Assembly (NCBI GenBank): GCA_037142195.1
Contig: JBAXBA010000001.1
Span: forward strand, 128,001 to 192,000
Direction: 5' to 3'
Source of the DNA: Pseudomonadota bacterium
Lineage (GTDB): Bacteria; Bdellovibrionota_B; Oligoflexia; Oligoflexales; CAIMVM01
DNA: 64,000 bases
A model generated the notes under the pieces. It had not been told where the DNA came from. It was given only the letters and a program-made list of their open reading frames with translations, and did no database searches. A program made the translations under genes and the position numbers. Shown in pieces: positions 53,169 through 64,000 of this stretch. Every line of letters begins with the position of its first letter. Positions within the stretch are counted from its first letter, which is position 1.

Positions 53169-54233
53169 TTGAGTATTTATGTATTGTTAGGGGCTGTGGA
53201 TTCAGTGGTGAAAACATTAAACACGCTGGTTGAAGACGATCGCCCTGAGATTTACCGCGAGGCTTCTGCTGGAATCTATTTAGACACAGGTAAAAGTCTA
53301 GAATTCGAGACCAAGAAGGGCTTGGTCTTTGATTTGGCTAGTCTTACTAAAGGACTCTTTACCGCTCCCAGAATCTTTCAATTTGCAGCCGAAAGAGGGA
53401 TTCTTCTGGAGCGGCCCATTTCTGAGTCGGCCAGCTCGGAACTTAAATGCAGACTTTCGCCCGCTCTATTGGCATTAACGTACGACCAAATTCTGTCCCA
53501 TACATCGGGTCTTCCCGCTTGGATGAACACTTATACGGAGTGTCTGGGAATCGATACGGGAAGCTCTCTCGCGAAACTCGGCTTCCATTTAAATCGCGTG
53601 GCTCAAAGACCTTTAGGTCCCAAAACTTTCTGTTATAGCGATGTTGGGTTTCTGCTTTTAGGTTTTATTTTGCAAGTAGAAACCAAAATGAGTTTAGGAG
53701 AACAACTCCATGCCTGGACGTACAAATCAGGGTCTAGGATTTCCTATGCTCCTTTGGATCGCACCGAAGTAGCTTCAACCGGCTATTGCCCTATGCGCCA
53801 AAGAGAGTTGAGGGGAGAAGTTCATGACGAAAACTGTTTTTACCTTGGCGGCGAGACGGGGCATGCTGGACTTTTTGGAAGCCTTCTAGATGTAAAACTG
53901 CATCTGAAATGGCTTTTTAAAGAATCCTTTGGCCAGTCATTTCTTCATCGCAACGCATTACTCAGAAAAACGCCCCATCAAAACCCTTATCTGAGTCACG
54001 ACGGTCTTTTAGGATTAAGACAAGGGTCTGGTCTTTCCGCCTATGATTTTTGTAGCGGACTAGCAATAGGTCACCTTGGCTTTACGGGAACCGCGTTTTG
54101 GATAGAGCCGGAATCTAAAGACATTGTGATTCACCTGACTAATCGCGTCGCGAACGGACGTCTTTCTAAAGGCATTACTCAGTCCAGGCAAAAATTTTGC
54201 GAGTTTGCCCATTCAGAACGTACTAAATACTGA
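53169..54233 (+). CDS. Serine hydrolase, beta-lactamase/class C-like family
   Basis: FDLASLTK (SxxK), LSHTSGL, YSDVGF, GEVHDEN, GHAGLF, GHLGFTGT; start uncertain (GTG at 53208 possible). Confidence 0.85.
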   Translation: MSIYVLLGAVDSVVKTLNTLVEDDRPEIYREASAGIYLDTGKSLEFETKKGLVFDLASLTKGLFTAPRIFQFAAERGILLERPISESASSELKCRLSPALLALTYDQILSHTSGLPAWMNTYTECLGIDTGSSLAKLGFHLNRVAQRPLGPKTFCYSDVGFLLLGFILQVETKMSLGEQLHAWTYKSGSRISYAPLDRTEVASTGYCPMRQRELRGEVHDENCFYLGGETGHAGLFGSLLDVKLHLKWLFKESFGQSFLHRNALLRKTPHQNPYLSHDGLLGLRQGSGLSAYDFCSGLAIGHLGFTGTAFWIEPESKDIVIHLTNRVANGRLSKGITQSRQKFCEFAHSERTKY

Positions 54234-54282
54234 GCTAAGATAGCCTCAATGGGGACTTATTATGTATAGTTTTAATATGACT

Positions 54283-55365
54283 TTAAAAAGAAGCGCCGAT
54301 ACCACCAAATAATTCAAAGCCAACCATATTTTTACTATGACCTAAAGCACTGCTAAATGTTGCAGCTCCCGCCGCTGCATCTGGGGAGTTAGGGTCTGTT
54401 ACCGTTGCTGAAGTCTTAGCAGTGCCCGACAAACCCAGAGAAAGGGTTGCTCCCAATTGAATGCCTATAGGTCCTAAGTCCATCATTACAAGAGCTGGTA
54501 CTCGAAGCGAAATCACAGAGATCGAAGACGTGCCTGATGCAATGACATTGGCATCCGCACCGCTGTCATTCTTTTGGATCGCAGAAAACTTTATGTTATT
54601 TGAGGAGTATCCAAGTCCTGCGCCCATTGCGATGTTGATTGGACTTTTTTGTATCGTAAATAGATAGTCCCCAAAAAGTCCCAAAAAGCTTCGCTTAGAA
54701 GTCAAGGATACATACTTAGTAGGCTCACTGATGCTGTAGTCAAGATCCACATTATTGTTGGGAATCATTCCGGAAATGCTGTAGCCAAGGCCCCCATGAA
54801 ACGGTCCAAACATTCCGGCTAAAATGAGGGCGGCGCCTGAGCTAACTTTAGATTCTTCTGCCCAGAGAGCCCCTGGCTCCGCCGGATTCGGTGGGTTGTA
54901 TTTGAGATTATTAGACTTAAAAACTGTAATCGGTGCGTAAGAGGCGCCAGCATAGATTCGAATTCTATTTTTGCGCGATTTTACCGAAACTTTCTTTGTT
55001 TTATCCGAACTAGAAATTTCTTCTGGAGGCCCTGAATTTTCCTTAGTAGCTTCCTGAGCCATTTCTCCGGAGGGATCAAGAGCCGCTTTTTTTGCAGATT
55101 TGCTCAATTTGGCGGTCATGCCTTTTTCGACTTTAGAGAGACTTGACTTCTTTACTTTGACCAGTGCTTTGAGCCCTTTAACTTTTGAAACGACTCCACA
55201 GGCCTTTTTTTTGCCCTCTTTTACAAAGCAAACATGAGACCCTACTGGCCATTCCGACTCAGAATCCATGAGGACAATCGGTCCAGATTTCCCAATTTTT
55301 TCCACACTGCCAGCAAAGGATACGGAAGTGAAAATACAAAGAATCCAGAAAGTCAATATCCTCAT
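54283..55365 (-). CDS. Hypothetical exported protein: Lys-rich N-terminal domain plus probable C-terminal outer-membrane beta-barrel
   Basis: Signal peptide ..SFA; amphipathic strands; terminal FGGIGASF (aromatic C-terminus). Confidence 0.6.
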   Translation of the reverse strand: MRILTFWILCIFTSVSFAGSVEKIGKSGPIVLMDSESEWPVGSHVCFVKEGKKKACGVVSKVKGLKALVKVKKSSLSKVEKGMTAKLSKSAKKAALDPSGEMAQEATKENSGPPEEISSSDKTKKVSVKSRKNRIRIYAGASYAPITVFKSNNLKYNPPNPAEPGALWAEESKVSSGAALILAGMFGPFHGGLGYSISGMIPNNNVDLDYSISEPTKYVSLTSKRSFLGLFGDYLFTIQKSPINIAMGAGLGYSSNNIKFSAIQKNDSGADANVIASGTSSISVISLRVPALVMMDLGPIGIQLGATLSLGLSGTAKTSATVTDPNSPDAAAGAATFSSALGHSKNMVGFELFGGIGASF

Positions 55366-56477
55366 TTAATGGTGACCGCCCTTCTTCGGAAGTCTTCACT
55401 ACTTACAACAACGGGGAAATTGCTAGATGATTTTAAGGTTTTAAAACTAACTAATTTAAGCTGCATAATTACAGGCTTATTCGCGAGTTTAGAAAACTCA
55501 TCCCTTGAAATTACACCCACCCCTGCTGAAGCGTTATAGACACAGGTGAAGCCCGAAGTCTCTCCCTGGACACGAGCATCAAAGAACACATACGCATCAG
55601 CGTCGACATTTTGCGCTTGCCAACGGGCTTCTAAATTAGGACCTAAAGGAAATATAACATTCGTTGCGCTGCCCAAGCGAACGCGCCCAAAACTAAGCTC
55701 TGTGTTAGAGATGATGGAGGCCCGAGAAAGAAGAGGAGTTCTAGGCAGATCAACCCCTTGAGTGCTGCCATCTAAACTAAATTCTAACTTTGTGGGCTTT
55801 TGAAGAGCCAGGGAGCTGGGAATGCGCATGGAAACAAAAGAATTTGGGTCGGCATTTTCTGACTTTGTTCCGCCGATGGAAATCCAGTCGATATTCGAAG
55901 GCGTCGAGCTGCCTAGCAGCGAAAACAAATCAATGGCCTTGGGAAAACAGCCTGGATTGATCTTGGGCAATCCGCCACCATACCCATTAAGACTTGTCAC
56001 AGAAAGGGTTCCAAGGGAGCTATTCACCTTACTTAGAACCAGGTTTGATTTTTCGGCGGTAGTAGGAAAATTCGTATAATCATTCCCCCCCTCTCTTAAG
56101 AGGCGGGACTCGCCAAAATTACCTGGCGAGGCGCCAAACGAAGCTTGATACCAATAAACCACATCAGGATCTAGACCAGGAAGCACCACCTGATGATTAA
56201 AATGTGGCTTTTCTCCACAGGAAACTTTGCGGGCATCGCGCGGCGGGGTTTGTCCAGAAACTTGGGGCCAAAAGACAATTTCACAATAAGCTTCGGCAGT
56301 GGTATGGGCCATAAGGATACCAAGGCTGCGCTCATTCGTTCTAGACAATTGAATGGCCGTTGAAGGGTCGATGAGGGCTCTTCCACCGTCTTTTTTAGGA
56401 CCCTTATTACGGCCTGAATTAAAGAGCCAACATCCTGAAAGACCGAAAAAAAATGTACATATTATGAAAAACTTCAT
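55362..56477 (-). CDS. Hypothetical lipoprotein with FN3-like domain
   Basis: Lipobox GLSG-C; HQVVLPGLDPDVVYWYQAS resembles an FN3 strand pattern; 4-bp overlap with downstream gene. Confidence 0.6.
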   Translation of the reverse strand: MKFFIICTFFFGLSGCWLFNSGRNKGPKKDGGRALIDPSTAIQLSRTNERSLGILMAHTTAEAYCEIVFWPQVSGQTPPRDARKVSCGEKPHFNHQVVLPGLDPDVVYWYQASFGASPGNFGESRLLREGGNDYTNFPTTAEKSNLVLSKVNSSLGTLSVTSLNGYGGGLPKINPGCFPKAIDLFSLLGSSTPSNIDWISIGGTKSENADPNSFVSMRIPSSLALQKPTKLEFSLDGSTQGVDLPRTPLLSRASIISNTELSFGRVRLGSATNVIFPLGPNLEARWQAQNVDADAYVFFDARVQGETSGFTCVYNASAGVGVISRDEFSKLANKPVIMQLKLVSFKTLKSSSNFPVVVSSEDFRRRAVTIK

Positions 56478-56596
56478 GAATACAGGGCCCTTTCTAATGG
56501 CTCTTAAACTATTTTACATCAATTATGGGCAACCACCTAAAATCTTCAAGTAGTCAAACAAGCCTCGAACATGCTAGATTCTTTTCCCGTGGATAA

Positions 56597-58237
<1,641 letters not shown>

Positions 58238-58238
58238 T

Positions 58239-59216
58239 ATGTCTGAGTTTAGCGAACATACAAAGCTCATAGGAATGGAAGTTTTAAATGCGGAAGCTTC
58301 GGCTCTCATAAAAGCAGCCAGTATGATTTCAGATTCTTTTGCTCTCGCAGTTGAAAAGATACTCAGCATACAAGGTAAAGTAGTTTTATCTGGCCTTGGA
58401 AAGTCCGGACACATCGCAAGAAAATTGGCGGCAACTATGGCGTCAACAGGGACTCCAGCCTTCTATCTTCATCCAGGTGAAGCAATGCACGGCGATCTCG
58501 GGGTACTTCAAAAAGGTGATTTGCTGTTAGCGATAGCCTATTCTGGCGAAACCATCGAACTCATTGAGGTGGCAAAATATGCCAGGCGTAGAGGAGTTTT
58601 TGTAGTATCGATCACAGGAAATCTCCGCTCCAATCTTGCAGACTTAAGTGATGCCGTATTAGATGGATCTATCGATAAAGAAGCCGACGGACTTGGCTTA
58701 GCGCCTACCAACTCCTCCACTGTGGCTTTAGGCTTGGGTGATGCTCTGGCAATAGCCGTTATGCGTCAACGTAAATTTACAGATAATGATTTTGCCGCCT
58801 ATCATCCCGGCGGTAAATTGGGAAAAAGACTGTCTCACGTGAGAGATCAAATGAAGATATTTGATTCCGCTAGTCTTTTATTGCCTAGCGATGACTTTCA
58901 TGGAGCTTTAAAAGCAGTCACCTGTCAAAATTTTGGCATAGCCCCTGTTTTAGATCACAACAAGAACATTGTAGGAACTGTAACTGATGGAGATTTAAGG
59001 CGAGCCCTATTGAAATATGGGGCTGAGGCACTCGCTAAAGAGGTTAAGGACCTTATGAACTCAAGACCCAAGACTATTTCTTCCTCCTCCCGATCAGTAG
59101 ACGCAGTTAACGATATGGATCAAAATAAAATAACGTCTTTATTAGTTGTGAGCGACGCCGGCAAACTTGAAGGCATAGTGAGAATGCATGATCTACTTGA
59201 GGCAAAAATTATTTGA
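58239..59216 (+). CDS. kdsD: Arabinose-5-phosphate isomerase KdsD (KpsF/GutQ family, SIS + 2 CBS)
   Basis: GLGKSGHIARKLAAT.ASTGTPA, EAMHGDLG, APT.SST, HPGGKLG, TDGDLRR, MHDLL. Confidence 0.95.
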   Translation: MSEFSEHTKLIGMEVLNAEASALIKAASMISDSFALAVEKILSIQGKVVLSGLGKSGHIARKLAATMASTGTPAFYLHPGEAMHGDLGVLQKGDLLLAIAYSGETIELIEVAKYARRRGVFVVSITGNLRSNLADLSDAVLDGSIDKEADGLGLAPTNSSTVALGLGDALAIAVMRQRKFTDNDFAAYHPGGKLGKRLSHVRDQMKIFDSASLLLPSDDFHGALKAVTCQNFGIAPVLDHNKNIVGTVTDGDLRRALLKYGAEALAKEVKDLMNSRPKTISSSSRSVDAVNDMDQNKITSLLVVSDAGKLEGIVRMHDLLEAKII

Positions 59217-59802
59217 ATCCTTGAGCCGAGGGCTTAAAGTAAAATATTTATTGCTTTTACTGAGTGCTGTCGGAATTTACCTGTTTTTTTGGAATCATAC
59301 AGATATCCCAAAAGGGGCCTCGACTTCACTAGATGACCAAGTTGTCACAATTACCAAATTAGAATTTGACACCTGGACCCCCCCTTCTGGGAGAGAGACC
59401 TTAAAGGCGGGGCGCTTTGCTGTAGTGGAACCTAATATGATTCAGCTCACTCAGGGGGTGGAAGTGATAGATCATTCACCTTCAAGGAGCTTTGATCAAT
59501 GGAATTCTGAAAGCGCAATAGCTCAGTTTCAGGCAGTCAATTCAGTTCAAGTCTTAAACGGCGCTCAAATTTTAGAGGCCTTTTTTCCAGGGGAAGTCAG
59601 CATAAAAAAAGATGGCACGACATTGACTTCATCAGATGTAAATGCAGACTATAGAACAGATCAGCTATCGAGTGAAAAAAAGACCGAAGCAAGAAGACTT
59701 CAAGACAGCCTTACCTCAGAAAATGGTTTTAAAACCAACTTAAAAACGGGCGATTTCCAATTTATGGGCCCTATGAGCGGGCAAATGGAGAAATTTCCAT
59801 GA
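59188..59802 (+). CDS. lptC: Probable LPS export protein LptC (divergent)
   Basis: N-terminal TM anchor, beta-rich periplasmic domain, position before lptA-lptB; start uncertain (TTG 59221 possible). Confidence 0.6.
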   Translation: MIYLRQKLFESLSRGLKVKYLLLLLSAVGIYLFFWNHTDIPKGASTSLDDQVVTITKLEFDTWTPPSGRETLKAGRFAVVEPNMIQLTQGVEVIDHSPSRSFDQWNSESAIAQFQAVNSVQVLNGAQILEAFFPGEVSIKKDGTTLTSSDVNADYRTDQLSSEKKTEARRLQDSLTSENGFKTNLKTGDFQFMGPMSGQMEKFP

Positions 59803-60383
59803 AAACCTTTTTTATATTTCTAATTTTGCTGTCCGGACAGGCGTTTTCGGACCTTCAAGATGATCCTCAGGGCTCACCCGCCGCTCCAGACGCTTCGCCA
59901 GCGCCAAGTCATCCTCCATCCACTTCCCACGAAGAATCTGTCGAGAACCCTAAGTCTAAGGCAGCAACAGGAAAAAAATTAAAGAAAAGCCCCCCCGTCC
60001 TATTTCGATCGGAAACCATGTCCGGCAATCGATTTCAGGGCCATCTGATCCTAAAAGGCAGTGTAAAGATTACCCAAGGCGATCTCATCATTATGTCGGA
60101 TGAAGCGGTTATCGATCAGGATATCCGCCTCGGTACACTTAAAACCATTGTTGCCACAGGAAACGTCTATTTTCAAAGAACGGATGAAGCGTCAGGCAAG
60201 AAAATGACGGCGACGTCCCAATCGGCAACCTATTTGGCTTTGGCCAAAACTATAACTTTTAAAGGAAATGCTTCCATTACCCGTGGGACTGATAAGATTA
60301 ATGGTACAATATTTACATACGATATTGTATCCGGACTGATTAAGGCCCAAAAAGTGGATGGAGTTTTTGAGCAAAATGAATAA
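59799..60383 (+). CDS. lptA: LPS transport periplasmic protein LptA
   Basis: Signal peptide, OstA-like beta-jellyroll (GSVKITQGD..I.SD.A, ATGNV, F.GNA.I.RG..I.G). Confidence 0.85.
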   Translation: MKTFFIFLILLSGQAFSDLQDDPQGSPAAPDASPAPSHPPSTSHEESVENPKSKAATGKKLKKSPPVLFRSETMSGNRFQGHLILKGSVKITQGDLIIMSDEAVIDQDIRLGTLKTIVATGNVYFQRTDEASGKKMTATSQSATYLALAKTITFKGNASITRGTDKINGTIFTYDIVSGLIKAQKVDGVFEQNE

Positions 60384-61110
60384 TCGACCTACAGTTCTTC
60401 GAGCAGAAGGACTAACCCGAAGCTTTAAATCGCGAAAGGTTGTGCAAGGAGTTTCCTTTCAGATCCATTCTGGCGAAGTCGTCGGCCTATTGGGTCCGAA
60501 TGGAGCTGGGAAAACAACGAGCTTTTATATGGTCGTGGGTCTTTTGTATCCAGATTCAGGAAGAGTCTTTCTTGGAAACGAAGATATTACAGAGCTTCCT
60601 ATGCATTTAAGAGCAAAAAAAGGGATCAGTTACCTGCCCCAAAGCACCTCCGTCTTTAAAAAAATGTCGGTCGAAGACAATTTGTTGGCCATAATGGAAA
60701 TCACGGGCATTAAAAAAGTGACACATGAGGACCTTTTGGATTCTCTTTTGAAGAAATTTCAAATTGAACACATCGCTAAAACTCAAGGCTCTGCTTTATC
60801 TGGGGGTGAGCGCAGAAGAGTTGAAATTGCTAGAAGTTTGATTATCAACCCTGACTTTCTATTGTTGGATGAGCCATTTGCCGGTGTAGATCCGGTGACT
60901 GTACAAGAAATCATTCAAATTATCGGAAAGCTTGCTAAAGAAGGACTTGGAGTTTTAATAACCGACCACAACGTCCGCGAAACTCTTGAGAGTTGCCACA
61001 GAAGTTATGTTCTATCAGGCGGAAAAATAATTGCTGATGGATCCCCTCAGGAAATAGCAGAAAATTCATTAGTACGCGAAATTTATCTCGGCGAAAATTT
61101 TAAACTCTAG
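60376..61110 (+). CDS. lptB: LPS export ABC ATPase LptB
   Basis: GEVVGLLGPNGAGKTTSFYM, LSGGERRRVEIAR, LLDEPFAGVDP, ITDHNVRETL, YLGE.F. Confidence 0.97.
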   Translation: MNNRPTVLRAEGLTRSFKSRKVVQGVSFQIHSGEVVGLLGPNGAGKTTSFYMVVGLLYPDSGRVFLGNEDITELPMHLRAKKGISYLPQSTSVFKKMSVEDNLLAIMEITGIKKVTHEDLLDSLLKKFQIEHIAKTQGSALSGGERRRVEIARSLIINPDFLLLDEPFAGVDPVTVQEIIQIIGKLAKEGLGVLITDHNVRETLESCHRSYVLSGGKIIADGSPQEIAENSLVREIYLGENFKL

Positions 61111-61119
61111 GATTTAAAA

Positions 61120-62574
61120 ATGGCAGATATTAGGTTAGTTCAAAAACTTGGTCAAAATCTACTGATCACCCCGCAGCTGCAACAAGCCATTAAACTTTTG
61201 CAACTCTCTCGTCTTGAACTACAAGACTATGTGGAACAGCAGCTTTCAGAAAATCCAACCTTGGAAGAGTCTCCCTCTGAAAACACGGGTGAAGAATCTT
61301 ATGAAGAAATAACGGCCGAAGAACAAATGCGAGAAGAGCTTCGCGAGGCTAATTCCATAGTTGATCCCATTGATCGCTCTGAAGTTGGTGAAGCGGATTG
61401 GGACATTCTGGCTCGCCAGCAGGAGCTAGGTCAGCAGGCAAGTTCGACTAAAAACAGTAAAAACTCAAACGAAGATGTGAATAGTTTTGAAAGTGTTTTA
61501 ACGCGTCCAGAGTCTTTGACAGAGCATCTTGAAGAGCAGTTGAGATTTTTAGATTTAGACGAAAGGGAGTTGGCGCTCGGATTAGAAATCATAGGAAATA
61601 TAGATGAACGCGGATATTTTGCAGCCATTGCGGAAGATATTGCAGATCGCACAGGATGCTCTATTGAAGACTTTGAAGACATGCTTGACATGGTTCAAAG
61701 GCTAGACCCGTTAGGAGTGGGAGCTAGGGATCTAAAGGAATGTTTGTTGATTCAGGTGCGAGCTTTGCAACTTAAAAATGGCATTGTTGAAAAAGTTATC
61801 GAGCATCATATGAAAGATCTGGAAAAACATAACTATCAAGCCATCGCTAAGGGACTTAAAATCACGGAAGATCAAGTCATTGAGTCCGTTGCCAAAATTG
61901 TCGGCCTCGACCCTATTCCTGGAAGACAATTTGGTACGACTTCAGACCAATATATGATACCTGATGTCTATGTATTTAAAGTGGCCGGAAGCTGGGTAGT
62001 GTCGTTAAATGAAGACGGTCTTCCCAAGCTGAAAATTAGCGAGTTTTATAAAGACATGCGCGAAACCAGGCTAAAAAATACTGAAAAAGAATATTTGACT
62101 GATAAGATAAAATCAGCCCAGTGGTTGATAAAATCTATACAACAGCGCCAACAAACCATTCTGAAGGTTACCAATAAAATAGTGGAAAGGCAAAAAGACT
62201 TCTTCGATTTTGGGGTTCAGTTTTTAAAGCCCATGATTCTTAGAGATATTGCTGACGATATTGAAATGCATGAGTCTACGGTTAGCCGCGTAACCACAAA
62301 TAAGTATGTCCACACCCCCCGGGGGATTTTCGAATTGAAATGGTTTTTCAATTCTCCTGTTTCTAAAACGGACGGTGGAGACATTGCAAGCGAAGCGGTA
62401 AAATCGATGATCAAGAAAATTATCGATTCTGAGGAACCAAAGTACCCCCACTCGGATCAAAAATTGGTAGAGCTTCTAGAAAAACAAGGCATTTTGCTAG
62501 CTCGTCGCACAGTTGCTAAGTATAGAGAACAATTAAATATATTTCCTTCCAGCCAAAGAAAACGGATGAAATAG
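61120..62574 (+). CDS. rpoN: RNA polymerase sigma-54 factor
   Basis: TPQLQQAIKLLQL, DPLGVGARDLKECL, HESTVSRVT..KY, RpoN box ARRTVAKYRE. Confidence 0.98.
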   Translation: MADIRLVQKLGQNLLITPQLQQAIKLLQLSRLELQDYVEQQLSENPTLEESPSENTGEESYEEITAEEQMREELREANSIVDPIDRSEVGEADWDILARQQELGQQASSTKNSKNSNEDVNSFESVLTRPESLTEHLEEQLRFLDLDERELALGLEIIGNIDERGYFAAIAEDIADRTGCSIEDFEDMLDMVQRLDPLGVGARDLKECLLIQVRALQLKNGIVEKVIEHHMKDLEKHNYQAIAKGLKITEDQVIESVAKIVGLDPIPGRQFGTTSDQYMIPDVYVFKVAGSWVVSLNEDGLPKLKISEFYKDMRETRLKNTEKEYLTDKIKSAQWLIKSIQQRQQTILKVTNKIVERQKDFFDFGVQFLKPMILRDIADDIEMHESTVSRVTTNKYVHTPRGIFELKWFFNSPVSKTDGGDIASEAVKSMIKKIIDSEEPKYPHSDQKLVELLEKQGILLARRTVAKYREQLNIFPSSQRKRMK

Positions 62575-62578
62575 AGAT

Positions 62579-63454
62579 ATGAAGAAACGTCTTATCGTCA
62601 TAGCGGGCCGATCGGGATCTGGGCTGTCGACAGCCGTAAAGAACCTCGAAGACCGCGGGTATTACGCCATAGATAATCTTCCTATCGACCTTATTTTTGC
62701 AACCGCAGATCTTTTGCAAAATGGCGATTATAAAGACTATCCAGGATTTGCCTTTGGAGTTCATGTAAGAAAGACTCTAAGCGCATCTGACATTGAACGT
62801 AGTACAGCCAAACTGAGAGAAGCTTTCGAGTTTGATTTGGTTTTCTTGGAGGCAACTTCTGAAGTTATCACTCACCGTTATGGCGCAAGTCGTCGCCCCC
62901 ATCCGCTGAGTAAAAAAAGCTTTGATTTAGCCGAATGTATTGCCCTTGAGGCGGAACACTTGGGCCCGCTTAAAGAGGCTGCCGACGTGGTTTTTGACAC
63001 GTCAGATCTATCGCCCTATGTTTTGGCGAAACTGTTAGAGGTTAGATATTCTCACACAACAGAAAAGCGCAACTTGTTGGTTCTTATTCAAAGTTTCGGA
63101 TTTAAACATGGGACCTTGGAGCCAGCAGAAGCTATATTTGACGTTCGTTTCTTACCGAACCCTTTTTTTGTAAAAGAGCTGTCCCATAAGCCGGGAACCG
63201 ATTTAGAGGTCAAGAATTGGTTAAAAAGCGACCCCAGGTTTTCAGAGACCTTGTCGCGCCTCAAAGATTGGCACCAATGGATATTGCCCCACTTTTTAGA
63301 AGATGGCCGAACCTATTACCGAATCGGCATCGGTTGCACGGGGGGGCGACATCGTAGCGTGGCGATGGCCTCAGCCTTGTTTGAAACACTTACTGCGGAA
63401 GCTTCTAGCCAAATCCACTTTACACTTCAGCATCGTGACATCTTAAAGCCATAG
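62579..63454 (+). CDS. rapZ: RNase adapter RapZ (YvcJ family P-loop protein)
   Basis: GRSGSGLS (degenerate P-loop), LED.GYY.IDNLP, RRPHPL, SFGFKHG, DVRFLPNP, IGCTGG.HRSV. Confidence 0.93.
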   Translation: MKKRLIVIAGRSGSGLSTAVKNLEDRGYYAIDNLPIDLIFATADLLQNGDYKDYPGFAFGVHVRKTLSASDIERSTAKLREAFEFDLVFLEATSEVITHRYGASRRPHPLSKKSFDLAECIALEAEHLGPLKEAADVVFDTSDLSPYVLAKLLEVRYSHTTEKRNLLVLIQSFGFKHGTLEPAEAIFDVRFLPNPFFVKELSHKPGTDLEVKNWLKSDPRFSETLSRLKDWHQWILPHFLEDGRTYYRIGIGCTGGRHRSVAMASALFETLTAEASSQIHFTLQHRDILKP

Positions 63455-63499
63455 GGCTTTTTGATCCGCCAGGATATGCATTTGACTTGGCTGGCCGAT

Positions 63500-63574
63500 C
63501 TATATTGCTGCGCTGGGGCTATATTGCTGCGCTGGGGCTATATTGATGCGCTGGGGCTATATTGCTGCGCCGGG
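63500..63574 (+). repeat. 19-bp tandem repeat, about 4 copies
   Basis: CTATATTGCTGCGCTGGGG at 63500 and 63519; one-mismatch copy at 63538; degenerate copy at 63557. Confidence 0.95.
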
Positions 63575-63763
63575 CTGCGGCGCAGGGCTGGCCTCTAATG
63601 TCGACTAGGCCCGGCCTCCTAACGAAGTAAGCAGTGAATCTCTAACCGCCCACCATTTAGGCAGCGTCTCCGGATCCCGTCTTTTTACGACAGAAAGAAT
63701 TGATTCCATGGAAAAAAGGCCCAATTTATCCTAATCTTCGTGGACTGAAGAATAGGAAAGCTT

Positions 63764-64000
63764 ATGCAAAATATACAAGAATCTTTAAACTCTAAAATGA
63801 CGTTTTCTAATAGGCATATTGGACCTAATGACAACGAGCAAAAGCAAATGCTCGATGTTTTAGGAATCGAAAGTTTAGATGCGTTGGCAAGAAAAACCAT
63901 TCCCGAAAATATTCAGAAATTTTCTCCCATGGGACTTGGCAAGGGTCTTTCCGAATTTGAAGCCCTTAATGAGCTTCGCCAGAAGGCTAGAAAAAACAAG
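63764..64000 (+). CDS. gcvP: Glycine dehydrogenase (glycine cleavage P protein), 5' end only
   Basis: Not in ORF track; manual translation MQNIQESLNSKMTFSNRHIGPNDNEQKQMLDVLGIESLDALARKTIPENI...LSEFEALNELRQKARKNK matches the GcvP N-terminus F..RHIGP....ML..LG..SL..L....IP. Confidence 0.92.
   Translation, partial: MQNIQESLNSKMTFSNRHIGPNDNEQKQMLDVLGIESLDALARKTIPENIQKFSPMGLGKGLSEFEALNELRQKARKNK

Noticed and set aside
58831..58846. parS-like TGTCTCACGTGAGAGA inside kdsD
   Set aside because: Three mismatches including conserved arm positions, lies in coding sequence; probably chance
63490..63512. Sigma-54 promoter (TGGC...TTGC) at the start of the tandem repeat
   Set aside because: GG-to-GC spacing is 12 nt rather than the required 10
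63600..63763. Glycine riboswitch upstream of gcvP
   Set aside because: Only a loose CGAAG..GCA..AATCTCT resemblance; the GGAGA and CTCAGG conserved elements and tandem aptamer are not evident; an Infernal search would settle it

Overview
Core-chromosome window spanning the replication origin of a Gram-negative bacterium; gene order and protein types suggest Bdellovibrionota/Oligoflexia or a related former 'deltaproteobacterium' (inference, not shown directly). Left to right: partial sdhC, M16 peptidase, PorV/FadL-like barrel, yajC, cytochrome c lipoprotein, large S8 protease, UvrD/Rep helicase, rpoH, lipid kinase-amgK-murU, LysM lipoprotein, a reduced dcw cluster (rsmH-ftsL-ftsI-murE-mraY-murD-ftsW-murC-ftsQ-ftsA-ftsZ), a transglutaminase-elicitor-family lipoprotein with GT4 and SDR genes, ATP synthase genes split by parA-parB and a 1.2 kb non-coding block, dnaA-oriC-dnaN-gyrB-gyrA, a serine hydrolase, two orphan envelope proteins, pyrG-kdsD-lptCAB-rpoN-rapZ and the start of gcvP. 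I recognised no rRNA, tRNA, CRISPR array or mobile element. The most striking unexplained signals are non-coding: five clustered parS palindromes abutting about 300 bp of A/T tracts phased at almost exactly 10.0 bp, a tandem palindromic operator over a consensus ftsZ promoter, and a 19-bp tandem repeat plus hairpin upstream of gcvP.
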